Part shown: positions 43,401-58,300 of the stretch, piece after piece
Position numbering within the stretch: position 1 is the first letter of the stretch
Layout of the letters: every line of letters begins with the position of its first letter
From: Macrostomum lignano
Lineage: Eukaryota
Direction of reading: 5' to 3'
Length of the DNA: 64,000 nucleotides
NCBI GenBank assembly: GCA_002269645.1
Contig: NIVC01000077.1
Location: 187,230-251,229 of the forward strand
Position numbers and translations under genes: made by a program
The notes under the pieces: generated by a model
What the model was told of the DNA's origin: nothing
Database searches by the model: none
What the model saw: the letters and a program-made list of their open reading frames with translations, nothing else

Positions 43401-46400
43401 ATCAGTGTACTATCCTGACACTATCCATCAAATCAGTGTACTATCCCGACACTATCCATCATATCAGTGTACTATCCTGACTATCCATCATATCAGTGCA
43501 CTATCCTGACACTATCCATCATATCAGTGTACCATCCTGACTATCCATCATATCAGTGCACTATCCTGACACTATCCATCATATCAGTGCACTATCCGAC
43601 ACTACGCTCGTATCCATCATATCAGTGCACTATCCTGACACTATCCATCATATCAGTGTACTATCCTGACACTATCCACCATATCAGTGTACTATCCTGA
43701 CACTATCCATCATATCAGTGCACTATCCTGACACTATCCATCATATCAGTGCACTATCCTGACACTATCCATCATATCAGTGTACTATCCTGACACTATC
43801 CACCATATCAGTGTACTATCCTGACACTATCCATCATATCAGTGCACTATCCTGACACTATCCATCATATCAGTGCACTATCCTGACACTATCCATCATA
43901 TCAGTGCACTATCCTGACACTATCCATCATATCAGTGCACTATCCTGACACTATCCATCATATCAGTGTACTATCCTGACACTATCCACCATATCAGTGC
44001 ACTATCCTGACACTATCCATCATATCAGTGCACTATCCTGACACTATCCATCATATCAGTGTACTATCCTGACACTATCCATCATATCAGTGCACTATCC
44101 TGACACTATCCACCATATCAGTGCACTATCCCGACACTACCCATCATATCAGTGCACTATCCCGACACTACGCTCGTATCCATCATATCAGTGCACTATC
44201 CTGACACTATCCACCATATCAGTGTACTATCCTGACACTATCCATCATATCAGTGCACTATCCTGACACTATCCATCAAATCAGTGTACTATGCCGACAC
44301 TATCCATCATATCAGTGTACTATCCTGACACTATCCATCATATCAGTGCACTATCCTGACACTATCCATCATATCAGTGCACTATCCTGACACTATCCAC
44401 CATATCAGTGTACTATCCTGACACTATCCATCAATCAGTGTACTATGCCGACACTATCCATCATATCAGTGTACTATCCTGACACTATCCATCATATCAG
44501 TGTACTATGCCGACACTATCCATCATATCAGTGCACTATCCTGACACTATCCATCATATCAGTGTACTATCCTGACACTATCCATCATATCAGTGCACTA
44601 TCCTGACACTATCCATCATATCAGTGCACTATCTGACACTATCCATCATATCAGTGCACTATGCCGACACTATCCATCATATCAGTGTACTATCCTGACA
44701 CTATCCATCATATCAGTGTACTATGCCGACACTATCCATCATATCAGTGCACTATCCTGACACTATCCATCATATCAGTGTACTATCCTGACACTATCCA
44801 TCATATCAGTGCACTATCCTGACACTATCCATCATATCAGTGCACTATCTTGACACTATCCATCATATCAGTGCACTATGCCGACACTATCCATCATATC
44901 AGTGCACTATCCTGACACTATCCATCATATCAGTGTACTATGCCGACACTATCCATCATATCAGTGCACTATCCTGACACTATCCATCATATCAGTGCAC
45001 TATCCTGACACTATCCATCATATCAGTGTACTATGCCGACACTATCCATCATATCAGTGCACTATCCTGACACTATCCATCATATCAGTGCACTATCCTG
45101 ACACTATCCATCATATCAGTGCACTATCCTGACACTATCCATCATATCAGTGCACTATCCTGACACTATCCATCATATCAGTGCACTATTCTGACACTAT
45201 CCATCATATCAGTGTACTATCCTGACACTATCCATCATATCAGTGTACTATTCTGACACTATCCATCATATCAGTGTACTATCCTGACACTATCCATCAT
45301 ATCAGTGCACTATCCTGACACTATCCATCATATCAGTGCACTATCCTGACACTATCCATCATATCAGTGTACTATGCCGACACTATCCATCATATCAGTG
45401 CACTATCCTGACACTATCCATCATATCAGTGCACTATCCTGACACTATCCATCATATCAGTGCACTATCCGACACTACGCTCGTATCCATCATATCAGTG
45501 CACTATCCTGACACTATCCATCATATCAGTGTACTATCCTGACACTATCCATCATATCAGTGCACTATCCCGACACTACGCTCGTATCCATCATATCAGT
45601 GCACTATCCTGACACTATCCATCATATCAGTGCCCTATCCTGACACTATCCATCATATCAGTGCACTATCCTGACACTATCCATCATATCAGTGCACTAT
45701 TCTGACACTATCCATCATATCAGTGTACTATCCTGACACTATCCATCAAATCAGTGTACTATCCCGACACTATCCATCATATCAGTGTACTATCCTGACT
45801 ATCCATCATATCAGTGCACTATCCTGACACTATCCATCATATCAGTGTACCATCCTGACTATCCATCATATCAGTGCACTATCCTGACACTATCCATCAT
45901 ATCAGTGTACTATCCTGACACTATCCATCATATCAGTGCACTATCCTGACACTTCCATCATATCAGTGCACTATCTTGACACTATCCATCATATCAGTGC
46001 ACTATGCCGACACTATCCATCATATCAGTGCACTATCCTGACACTATCCATCATATCAGTGCACTATCCTGACACTATCCATCATATCAGTGCACTATCC
46101 TGACACTATCCATCATATCAGTGTACTATCCTGACACTATCCATCATATCAGTGTACTATGCCGACACTATCCATCATATCAGTGCACTATCCTGACACT
46201 ATCCATCATATCAGTGCACTATCCTGACACTATCCATCATATCAGTGCACTATCCTGACACTATCCATCATATCAGTGCACTATCTGACACTATCCATCA
46301 TATCAGTGTACTATCCTGACACTATCCATCATATCAGTGCACTATCCGACACTACGCTCGTATCCATCATATCAGTGCACTATCCTGACACTATCCACCA

Positions 46401-49228
46401 TATCAGTGTACTATCCTGACACTATCCATCATATCAGTGCACTATCCCGACACTACGCTCGTATCCATCATATCAGTGCACTATCCTGACACTATCCATC
46501 ATATCAGTGCACTATCCTGACACTATCCATCATATCAGTGCACTATCCTGACACTATCCATCATATCAGTGCACTATTCTGACACTATCCATCATATCAG
46601 TGTACTATCCTGACACTATCCATCAAATCAGTGTACTATCCCGACACTATCCATCATATCAGTGTACTATCCTGACTATCCATCATATCAGTGCACTATC
46701 CTGACACTATCCATCATATCAGTGTACCATCCTGACTATCCATCATATCAGTGCACTATCCTGACACTATCCATCATATCAGTGCACTATCCCGACACTA
46801 CGCTCGTATCCATCATATCAGTGCACTATCCTGACACTATCCATCATATCAGTGTACTATCCTGACACTATCCACCATATCAGTGTACTATCCTGACACT
46901 ATCCATCATATCAGTGCACTATCCTGACACTATCCATCATATCAGTGCACTATCCTGACACTATCCATCATATCAGTGTACTATCCTGACACTATCCACC
47001 ATATCAGTGTACTATCCTGACACTATCCATCATATCAGTGCACTATCCTGACACTATCCATCATATCAGTGCACTATCCTGACACTATCCATCATATCAG
47101 TGCACTATCCTGACACTATCCATCATATCAGTGCACTATCCTGACACTATCCATCATATCAGTGTACTATCCTGACACTATCCACCATATCAGTGCACTA
47201 TCCTGACACTATCCATCATATCAGTGCACTATCCTGACACTATCCATCATATCAGTGTACTATTCTGACACTATCCATCATATCAGTGCACTATCCTGAC
47301 ACTATCCATCATATCAGTGTACTATCCTGACACTATCCATCATATCAGTGCACTATTCTGACACTATCCACCATATCAGTGCACTATCCTGACACTATCC
47401 ATCATATCAGTGCACTATCCTGACACTATCCATCATATCAGTGCACTATCCTGACACTATTCATCATATCAGTGCACTATCCTGACACTATCCATCATAT
47501 CAGTGTACTATCCTGACACTATCCACCATATCAGTGCACTATCCTGACACTATCCATCATATCAGTGCACTATCCTGACACTATCCATCATATCAGTGTA
47601 CTATTCTGACACTATCCACCATATCAGTGTACTATCCTGACACTATCCATCATATCAGTGCACTATCCTGACACTATCCATCATATCAGTGCACTATCCT
47701 GACACTATCCATCATATCAGTGCACTATCCTGACACTATCCATCATATCAGTGTACTATCCTGACACTATCCACCATATCAGTGCACTATCCTGACACTA
47801 TCCATCATATCAGTGCACTATCCTGACACTATCCATCATATCAGTGTACTATCCTGACACTATCCATCATATCAGTGTACTATTCTGACACTATCCACCA
47901 TATCAGTGTACTATCCTGACACTATCCATCATATCAGTGCACTATCCTGATACTATCCATCATATCAGTGTACTATCCTGACACTATCCATCATATCAGT
48001 GTACTATCCTGACACTATCCATCATATCAGTGTACTATCCTGACACTACCCATCATATCAGTGTACTATCCTGACACTATCCATCATATCAGTGCACTAT
48101 CCTGACACTATCCATCATATCAGTGTACTATCCTGACACTATCCACCATATCAGTGCACTATCCTGATACTATCCATCATATCAGTGTACTATCCTGACA
48201 CTATCCATCATATCAGTGTACTATGCCGACACTATCCATCATATCAGTGTACTATCCTGACACTATCCATCATATCAGTGTACTATCCTGACACTATCCA
48301 TCATATCAGTGTACTATTCTGACACTATCCACCATATCAGTGCACTATCCTGACACTATCCATCATATCAGTGCACTATCCTGACACTATCCATCATATC
48401 AGTGCACTATGCCGACACTATCCATCATATCAGTGTACTATCTTGACACTATTCATCATATCAGTGCACTATCCTGACACTATCCATCATATCAGTGTAC
48501 TATCCTGACACTATCCATCATATCAGTGCACTATCCTGACACTATCCATCATATCAGTGCACTATCCTGACACTATCCATCATATCAGTGCACTATCCTG
48601 ACACTATCCATCATATCAGTGCACTATCCTGACACTATCCATCATATCAGTGTACTATCCTGACACTATCCACCATATCAGTGCACTATCCTGACACTAT
48701 TCATCATATCAGTGCACTATCCTGACACTAAAATGTGACGCATCTATCCACCGCCCTTACAGCTCGGACACGCACCTGACCAACGCGCTGGAGACTATAT
48801 GCGAACAGGTGCAGTCATCCTGGGGTCACTCGCCGCACTCCAGCCAGCCAAGTATTCGATCGTTTGTGCCATTGACTCGAACTGACGGCCAAGCGGCTGA
48901 TACGAGCCGCCTGACCAGCGGCTCCTCGGTTGACAACTGGCTGCGCATGCGATGCGAATCGCTGCTGGACGATCACGAGGAGGCTACAAAATCCCTGCTG
49001 CAGCTCAGCCAGCCCAAGCCGCTGACTATGGATCAGTTTGAACGCCAACTGTGCTTGGAAACCGCTCGGGTTTGCACTGAGCCACTCATTGCTTTGCCCA
49101 TTGAAGAGCCGCCAACTTTGCCATCAGCGGCGACAGATGATAAGGAGGCCAAGACCGAAGAGGCAACGGCTGAATCCGCGTCTGAAGAGGCTGCAGCTCA
49201 TGATGATTCTGCCAAGACTGAGCTTTAG
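40433..49228 (+). CDS. CNPY2: Canopy family (CNPY2/MSAP-like) saposin-domain ER protein, join(40433..40707,48763..49228)
   Basis: Signal-like hydrophobic segment; DLVCSAC...GSFRVDSKGNQ...VPYAR|SDTHL...ETICE...LRMRCESLL; C-terminal KTEL (KDEL-like); phase-2 GT-AG intron. Confidence 0.85.
40769..48730. repeat. 31-bp satellite filling the CNPY2 intron (about 255 copies)
   Basis: Unit ACTATCCATCATATCAGTGCACTATCCTGAC with recurring variant monomers. Confidence 0.98.
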
Positions 49229-51098
49229 TATACTTTTTTAGTCTAGTTGGCACCGAAAGCGTCCAGTTTAATCATACTCGTGGCAAAATGAAAACTTAAA
49301 AATTTGACGCTGTAGTACAGAACATCGTCAAAGTAGTCATATTTTGAGCACCTCTGAATCAAGTACAGAGTACGAACCTGTATTTGTAAATGATGTAAAT
49401 GTAAGTGCATATAAATGACGACTGATTCAATACAATAAGTACACCTTAGGTTAACGCCCTCAGTCTGTACCACAAGACAGACTGTGGTCTGTATCAGTTT
49501 AGTACTAGCGTACATGAACTAGACTGCCTACAATATTCTAATAATTAGTGATGTCATGAATCTTATGCTAATATCGCTCTGCAGTCACCGTACGCGTGTT
49601 AAAACGAGTAGCGGGGGCTGGTAAATCCTCACTTATGATATGCTGACTACAGCACTGCAGCAGTCTATATTTTTTTATATTGACCCAAATTTAGAATCTA
49701 ACAAAATGGTAAGAAATAAATTGATTAAGTTTTAATTATTCAATTTTAATTGCTTTGAACATGGGCATAATCAGTATCAAGTAAATTAACAAGCTGCAAC
49801 TCAAGATGCACCGATTTGAATGGGCTCCAAAATATCATTAGTATAGTAATGAATCGCCTAATCAAGCATCTCTATCGTATACGTTTCTAATCAAGTTTTC
49901 TGCCTTCTCTTTTATTTTGTCTTGCAGTGTTGGTTTTTGCGATTTCCTTTTCTTTTTGTTGCAACAAGAGCAACAGGATTGGATAGAAATTAATATAATC
50001 ATTCTGGCTTGACTAACAACGCCTGGTACCGGTAATATAACCAGCGTTGCAATGTTTTTGTCGTTAGTAGTCGAAATGCGTTCACATGTTTGTTAATTTT
50101 TTATTGTTAAGTCAGCTCTTCGTTTTTGCTTTTTATTAATTGCTTCTTTCTTTGTGCCAATTTTCTATAACAATACAAAGCATTGCGACCATATTTATTA
50201 TACTACTGAAAGTAAATATGAAAAACTCATCCTGAATCTACTTGCGCATCTGTTGGAAAACTGGAGTACACTGCTTCTAATATTTTATCTCTGTAGTGCT
50301 GTACCTTAAAATCTAAAATATATCTATCTTGAAATTTAATTTTATTTATTAGTTGGAAGTGCATAATTTTGGGTTATTTACTTTTCCCCACATTCCTTAC
50401 TTTTCCTAACAATACATAGGAATACATACATATATAAGAATACAATACACAATTATATATATATATAATTCCGCACTCTGCGGGCCTATGTATTCGCTTA
50501 TTTTTGTTTTGTTTTTAGAAGAAAATCTGTTTGGATAGAGTACTAAGTTCTAGGATGCATTGCACAAACATAGATAGGTAGATTCGATACAATCTTCTAC
50601 AATTCATGTCCCTTCTACAGTGTCCCAAGCTAGTATAAGATAGAAAATCTGTCTCTTTACGTTGAGTTCCAAGCTCGTATTAAATTACAATGTAAGCAGT
50701 GCTTAAGTGCGTTAGTTACTGCCTATCCCTCAACCAATATCAAATTGAGCCATACGTCGATCACAAAGACAAAAGAGAAGTGCCCCGACACACTTGATAA
50801 TTGCATGCTGTATACTCGTATACTGGTACTGTGTGCCTCAAAATGTATTGTTTACCTCAAGCATGGTGCTGAGTTTCATCTTGACACTAATCGCTGTAAA
50901 GATCGCTGCAAGTTGTCAACTGCTGCGTACTAGTAATAAGGTCGATCGGGCTCCTGTTACTGCAATGTGGTTCTCCTCACTTTGTATTAAAAGCAGTAAA
51001 TTTACACTATGTTGTTTAACCAACTAATTTAGCTTGCAGTTCCTGACCGTTGATTATCGGTGAATTATCAATCGGACCATCTCTGGCTGGACAACGCC

Positions 51099-54000
51099 AT
51101 GAACTTCGCGGCACTTCTACTGGTGCTAAGGTCAGTCGAGGCCGTCGCGGACTGCCTGCACCGTTTGCCGCGTCATTCGCCAGCCAGCGGCAGTCTGGGC
51201 GTTGATGACGGTTTCAAAACCGGCGGATTCTCTGCTCCGTCCTTAGCCACGTCAATCGAGGGACCAGAGCTCGCTCGTCGAGAACGCGACGTTGTTGCAA
51301 TTCAATCAGCTACAACTAATACTCAAATTACTGAGCCTCTTCGAATTCTGGTGCATTATGAACCTTCATTAGCTGCCGCCACAGATTCGGAGTCTGTCAC
51401 TCTGCGGAGGCTTGTTGAAGATTCAGTTCTCTATTGGCAATCCGTGTTGTCGGTGCGTTTACGCTTTGGACTTCGTGTAAATGTTTCTTAAGGCGATTTC
51501 AGCATCTACAGAGGGGCTTAAATTCTCGGCTTAGCGACCGATATTTCGCATCAAGTTAAGGTTTTTTTAGCTAGAATGAAAACCGTATTTGAAGTTTTCA
51601 AAGACAAAGCAACTATCAGAAGATGTGTGGGTTTCCCAACAAAGATTTTTTCCTCTGAACAGATAATTCGAACAAAAAAATGAATTCATGTTTTGGATGC
51701 ATTCCTTACTCTGACGCCACATTCAGCTTTAAAATTTAATAAGCAGAAAAAGGATGTGAACTTAAGCGCGATTTGGAAGCCGTGAGTCCAGCAACCAAAC
51801 CGCTGCGAAATTCTCCCTATTCAGACCCAGAATAGACAAGAAAAGCGTAATTGATCTTTCTTCCACCCCGGCCGCTTCTGAATGGGATAAATGGGGAAAA
51901 ATGGGGATTTCATGTGAACTTAAGGCTCTGAAATGGAAGCGGTGGCCGATTGAGCCGGTTTCTCTATCGGATCTCTCTACTGGACCGACAATGAGACAAG
52001 AATCGTTAAAAACCGCATCTCTCTATCATTTGGTCTCCCTGAATGGGATAAATGGGGAAAATGGGGATTTGGAGATAGAGACGCAGCGATGATAAATCAA
52101 AGTTTCGGTTGATCAACGATCTTCAACCAAGATCAAACAAAACATTGATTTATCGCTGCGTTTCTAGTTATATAATATGGCAGAAGCTCATCTTAGAAAT
52201 CCCAACGCACAATGCTTGCACAGGTGCGCCACCAGTCGTCGGCACCGCCTGTGGCATTCTGGCTGCCTAGGCCGTGCAAGTCCAACAAAGTCCGAGTTGT
52301 CCGCAGTCCAGTCAACGGTGCCTTCTTGCACTATTGCGCCGACGGGTGCTCCAGTTCCGCTTTCTGCGGCCACACCAGCGTGCCGGCCGCTCACCTGGAC
52401 CTGTGCCGCGAGCTTACCCCGGCCCAAGATGGCGGCCGCCTCCAGCACAGCGGAAGTCGCGGCGCCGGGGTTCGCTGGCCTTATAACTACGCCCTGTACG
52501 TGTCCGCCTACGACACTGTGCGCTGCGGTGGGCCGGACAGTCAGACGCTAGGCTACTCGGCCCACTGCCAGCTGGATGGCCTGACTGACCGCCCCCTTGC
52601 TGGGTACATCAATTTGTGCCGTCGTAGATCAGATAGAGGTCGGTCAACGTCTAGTAGTCGGTTTCTTGTCGATCCGGTGAGTGATTTGTTAATGGCTTTA
52701 GCAGAGATACTTAAGTGTCTGCTGCTAGAGACCTACGTGCAATAATTATCTGCGGACACAGAGTCAATGCAGTTTGCTATACTTTCGCATGTCTCCACAA
52801 CTCAGGCGGAGGCTCAGTACACAGCTAGGCACGAGCTGCTTCACGCTCTGGGTGTCACGGCTACCCTATTCGCATTTATGCGCCAAGACAACGGCGTCCC
52901 GAGAACTCCGCGCAATCCCGCTACTAATATGCCTGCGTTGGGATTAATTGAGGACGACGGAGTAACACTGTATCAGTGGGGCAACGATACCGTTATTCAG
53001 GTATACCTGTGACTTACTTATTGAAGTCCGTTACTAAGTTTTCCATTAATTGTCCGCTCCGATCAAAAAAGCTTTGCCTTAACAAACGGCGTAAGGATTA
53101 ACTCAATGTCAATGATTCTGCGTCGTTCTAGAAGCGTAGCAGACTAACTATCGGGCTACAAAAGGATAATTCCTATGAAATATCTGTATTTTAATGTACG
53201 AATATTTAATTATCATCTTAAATATTTCTCTGGGAGTTGCTGTTTTGATTTTTGATTGGGCTGAAAACACAACTTGAAATCAGAGCAATGGATTTTCACA
53301 AGCTACCTGATTAGTAGTGCACAGTCAAATTGTATCGATCGTGCTACTGTTTAATCTCATTTAATACCTAAAGCAAAAAAGAAAAAAATATCAAAACATG
53401 CGTCCTTAAGATCTTAAATAAAACTCACTGGTTTAAATGTAGCTTGGTGCTTGGTATTTCTACTGTTACTCGTACGCTCGTAGATACCATAAAACTGCAG
53501 TGCTTTTTTCAAAAAAATACCAAGCCTAAGTCTGATAAAAACATTCTGCTGAGCGAATTTACGAATTCATTGCAGACCAAAGAGCCTTGGCGTTCCGCAC
53601 GAGGTGTTTACAACCTAACCAGACACTACGTAGTCACGCCTCGCCTCGTTTCGTTAGTGCGGGCGCACTTTAACTGTCCCAAAATGCCCGGCTTACCTCT
53701 GGAGAATCAGGGCAAACTGGGCTCGGCGCTGACTCACTGGGAGAAGCGTCTTTTGGAAAGCGAACTCATGACCGCCGCATATACGGGCTCGTCTGTTGTT
53801 TCGGAGTTCACACTTGCCTTCTTAGAAGATACCGGCTGGTGAGAAATACAAAACGAATATTTTTAGTAAAAAAACTAACTCTTCTACTGATCTACTATAG
53901 CATTTTTCAAGCCAATTGAGCCTAGGAGCAAACAATTTAATCCTTAGTGGGAAATTCAAGCTATTGAAGACTTGCTTTTCATCGTCTATGGCCGAAAGGG

Positions 54001-55586
54001 GGTCTGTGGAGCAACCAATTTGAGAATTCGGGCGCGCAATTAATCCTTTCCATAGTTGTGCAAAAGAACAGATTTCATTAGACAGACGAAGAATTTAGCG
54101 AGCAGAGCAGTGACGAAAGTTTTGCTACAGCCCAAGATGCAGTGGATGAGCAGATTCCTGCAGGGCAAGAACCCTATCGCAAGATAAGCAACGAAAGTAC
54201 AACCTGATTGTCGCTGCCATCGAGAGGTGATAGTGCTGAGCACATTTCGCGATGGCTGGACGTAAAGAGAAAAGCTGTGTATTCTATCAGGCGTCGCTAT
54301 GAAATCACGAAAAATGTCTATGGCAGATTTCCTCGGAGTAGCGTGTAGGATTAGTTATGTCTATGTGCCAACTTCATATGACCCTGACCCTCACAATTTT
54401 TCTATTTTTAATTTATTCGTCTCCACTGGGATCATGAACCCATGTCAATGACGCGCTCTTTAGACACTGCACAGTACATACCTTGAAGATCCGGCTAGAA
54501 AAAGGCATGTATAAGAAAGATCTATATAATTTTGACTTGTTTCTAAAACTGTGCAATCTCGAGTAGTTTTTGACGCAATCAACGCGATTTCATTAGTCAT
54601 TTTTCCTTCTCCGATCAAAAAAACTTTGCCTTAATAGATTTCATTATTGCATCACTCATTGCAGGTACTCTGCAAACTATTCAACGGCTCAGCCAATTGC
54701 CTGGGGTCGCAATCTAGGCTGCAAGTTTGTCTACAATAGCTGCTACGACTGGATGGTGTCGCATCATCAATCGGCCTGGCCTTACTGCAATTTGGCACCG
54801 AAGCATACTGGGCCTCGGGGAGACGCCATGCTTCGCACTGGCTGCTCCGATGATCGCCGCTCCAAGCGGTACTGCAATCTGGCTGAGCTGTCTAATGAAC
54901 TACCGCTGGAGTATCAGTACTTTGGCGGCGATGTCAGCATTCAGCAGGCTGGTCTATCTCCGGGAGGTGTGAAACTTCTAAGCTCAGAATCATTTACTCG
55001 CTACGGTGGTACGAGTCGCTTTGCCGACTATTGTCCTTATCCTCAGGCCTACACTACCTTGAGCAAATCCACTGATCGCAATTCCGACTGTTTTCGAATT
55101 GGCAATCAGCCAGTGGAATCGGCTAATCCCGGCATGGAGCTGTTCGGATCGAAATCCGTATGCCTCATCCAGCCTGAGCCATTCCAATTGCAGTTCTGTG
55201 GTCGCAGGCACGCGGCCGCCACATACGGCAGCGGTTGCTATCCTGTTCGGTGCCCCCCAGCAACCGGCGGCGCGCCGATTGTCACCTTGGCTGGTGGTAG
55301 AGAATTCGCCTGTCCAGTTGGTGGCGGCAAAGTGGATTTTTCTTTATCTGGGAACTACAGCCTGTACTATGGCAGTTTAGTGTGCCCTCCGTGCGCTCAG
55401 CTGTGCTCAAAATATTATAACTGTTCCCCATCAGTGTCGAAACTTCTGCAGCCGCCACGGCTACCGTTGAATGGCATCCATCTGGAACCACCATGTCTCT
55501 CGTCAAGTGCCGCTCGTCAGACTGTTGGGTTGTTGATTCACCTTGCCAAACTGTTTAGCATATTTTGTATTTCACTTTTGCAGTGA
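51099..55586 (+). CDS. LMLN: Leishmanolysin-like metallopeptidase (M8, invadolysin): exons 51099-51452, 52224-52676, 52806-53000, 53576-53838, 54665-55586
   Basis: HELLH zinc motif, THWEKR, ELMT Met-turn, FLEDTGWY, WGRNLGC, Cys-rich C-terminus and hydrophobic GPI-like tail. All junctions are GT-AG and in frame. Confidence 0.93.
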
Positions 55587-55852
55587 GTTTTTTTAACTTT
55601 ATTGCCTAATGTGCTTGCAAATCGTTTCAAAATACCTTAATAGATCGTGTACTTAATAAAGCATTCTTTTTTCGAGTTTAAATCAGGAAAGCATAAATCC
55701 TATTCTGAGTCTTATTGATACACGTATTCTTATTCCTGTATAAAAATTCTACCGTTTGTTTTTTATATATGGTTTTTTATTTTATATTTTAGAGAATAGA
55801 GGGTCACCATTTTAGCCTGTGACCATGTTTTGTGAACGCTTTCTCTCTAGGA

Positions 55853-56182
55853 CAGGGGTCAGCAAAGTTTTTTACCTTGAGCACCAGATCGAGAACCTAG
55901 CGCATAAATGCGGGTCAGAGGAGAGGAGAGAATAGTGAAGAGAGATGAAATATCAGAGAAAGGAGGGGCGAGAGGCTAAGCGAGGCGAAAAGAGAGGAGA
56001 CGAGAGGATGGAAGAGATGAACTAGGAGAGGATGGAGAAAAGAAAATAGGAGAGAAGGGAGGAGATAGGAGAAGAAAGAGAAAAGTAAAGTGAAAAAGAG
56101 GAGATTAGAGAAAAGACAGCTGAGAAATCAACCTAGAGAGGCTTTGTGAGCCGCATGTGACTTGCGGGCCTGTCGACCCCTG
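55853..56182. mobile_element. hAT-type MITE
   Basis: CAGGGGTC...GACCCCTG termini with 8-bp TSD CTCTAGGA on both sides; purine-rich interior. Confidence 0.85.
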
Positions 56183-56817
56183 CTCTAGGATCATCGATCG
56201 TGGAACTTTAGTCACAAAAGTGGTAGACATAAGTCACATTGGACGTCACATGGCAGCTCGTAAAAAGGTTCTAAATCTTAAATATTTTCACTGTTAGTGA
56301 CAGTGAAACATTACAAATGTATGCAATAACTACCACAATGCTACTTGTGTTACATATTTTCTTCAATCTTTAAGTCAAAGTACTCCTAAAGACTAGATAT
56401 CGGCTCTATCACTATTCTAAGCATATATATTTAAAACACTTTATTGTAAATTTAATCAATTTCGGCATTTTCATAGCTCGTACGAGCTATTACTGTTTTT
56501 TGTCACCAATTTGTGCAGATTTATAGAGGTTTGATTATGAATAACTCGGCCTTTCTATTTTCCTTCTTTGACTAAACTAAACTTCATTTTGTAACGCTTC
56601 AACTTGGTGATAATTTATATTAAAAAGGTTTTATACTCATATCATTACAGTTGATACCAGGTATAAATAAATTTGCGCAATGGCTTCCTTCTTCAAATAT
56701 TTTACAACAGCTTCTGGTGTTGACCGTGCCCCCGATTGCCTGAGGGAGGGGGTTACGGAGGTCTGTGATGCAGCGGCCACCACGCTGAGTACCACTTTCT
56801 GTTCTATCTTTTCCGTC

Positions 56818-58226
56818 GGGTCTACGACGTTTGCCTGCGGGACGTTTGCCAGCCGACGTTTGCCTGCTGGACGTTTGCCAGCCGACATTTGCCAGCCGAC
56901 GTTTGCCAGCCGACGTTTGCCAGTGGGACGTTTGCCAGCCGAAGTTTGCCTGCGGGACGTTTGCCAGCCGACGTTTGCCAGCCGACATGGGCCAGCCGAC
57001 ATTTGCCAGATGACGTTTGCCAGCGGGACGTTTGCCAGTCGGACGTTTGCCTGCCGGACGTTTGCCAGCCGACGTTTGCCAGCCGACGTTTGCCTGCCGG
57101 AAGTTTGCCAGCCAAAATTTGCTAGCCAGTCAGTGAAAAATTTGATACTGAAACATTCGCAGTTTAGCGGTTTGACAAAAACCATTTTTACTCCAACTTT
57201 TTGACGGTTATTCGCATGTATACAAGTTTGAATGTGAAAATATTAGATAGATAGATAGGATTTCACTTTAAATGTGAAAATATTGTTTACTTTTGACAAG
57301 TGTATCGTTTTTCCCAGTTTGAGATGTTTGATTTTTGATGTGCGAAAGAAGACGCGCAGATTACAACGGGAATCTCCAGCGATTAAGTTATGAGGCAAAC
57401 AAAAAAAGCTGCTGAGCGGTAATTCTGGCTCATATATTTCTCAGTTCATTGGGAGATCCAAAAGTAAGCAAATTGATTCCAAATCTGTTGTATTACTACT
57501 CAAGTAAGCCAGGAAACCTCGATCTCAACGTACATGTGTAGACGAGTCGAATGCGGTACGTTTTTATAGTAAGCTATATAGCTGAATAGCCAGACAAGCC
57601 GCCAGTAGCAAGCTAGTAGGATAGCAAGCGCTAGACACTACGTATGCAAAGCTTAGTCACGCCAAGGACTACTACGAGCTAAAGTAGAAGTACGCAGCAC
57701 TCGAAATCTATGAAAAATGTTTTGAAGGCCATAGGGAGAAAGGAAGTTTACATCTTTTCAGCACAACAATTGTTATTGCTTTCATACGAGGCAAACCCAA
57801 TGTTCATCTTTTGATATGTTGTGCCAAAATCGTTGTTAAACTAGATATTAGACGTTAGACTGATGAACTGCATAATTTATATATTTTGCTTGCAAACTTG
57901 TATACATGCGAATAACCGTCAAAAAGTTGGAGTAAAAACGGTTTTTGTCAAACCGCTAAACTGCGAATATTTCAGTATCAAATTTTTCACTGACTCGCTT
58001 TATATTGGCTAGCAAATTTTATCTGGCAAACTTCCGGCAGGCAAACGTCGGCTGGAAAACGTCCCGCTGGCAAACGTCGGCTGGCAAACGTCGGCTGGCA
58101 AATGTCAGCTGGCGTCCCGCAGGCAAACGTCGGCTGGCAAACGTCCGGCAGGCAAACTTCGGCTGGCAAACGTCCCACTGGCAAACGTCGGCTGGCAAAC
58201 GTCCCGCACGCAAACATCGCTATCCC
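56818..58226. mobile_element. Mutator/foldback-like non-autonomous element
   Basis: GGG...CCC termini and 9-bp TSD TTTTCCGTC (56809-17 and 58227-35). Long TIRs are built from ~15-bp GACGTTTGCCAGCC modules plus a ~115-bp inner inverted segment (about 57115-57230 / 57895-58015). Confidence 0.88.
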
Positions 58227-58300
58227 TTTTCCGTCTTACTGGCCTGAACCTGCTGCCTCGGTACCCTTGACCATCGACCATCACAAATACAATCCGTAAT

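Noticed and set aside
40769-48730. CRISPR-like array or coding repeats
   Set aside because: Head-to-tail monomers with no unique spacers, in a eukaryotic intron with no cas genes.
56620-58299. Multiple ORFs with ANVGWQTS/CQPTFASRR repeats
   Set aside because: Translations of the 15-bp TIR modules of a non-autonomous transposon.
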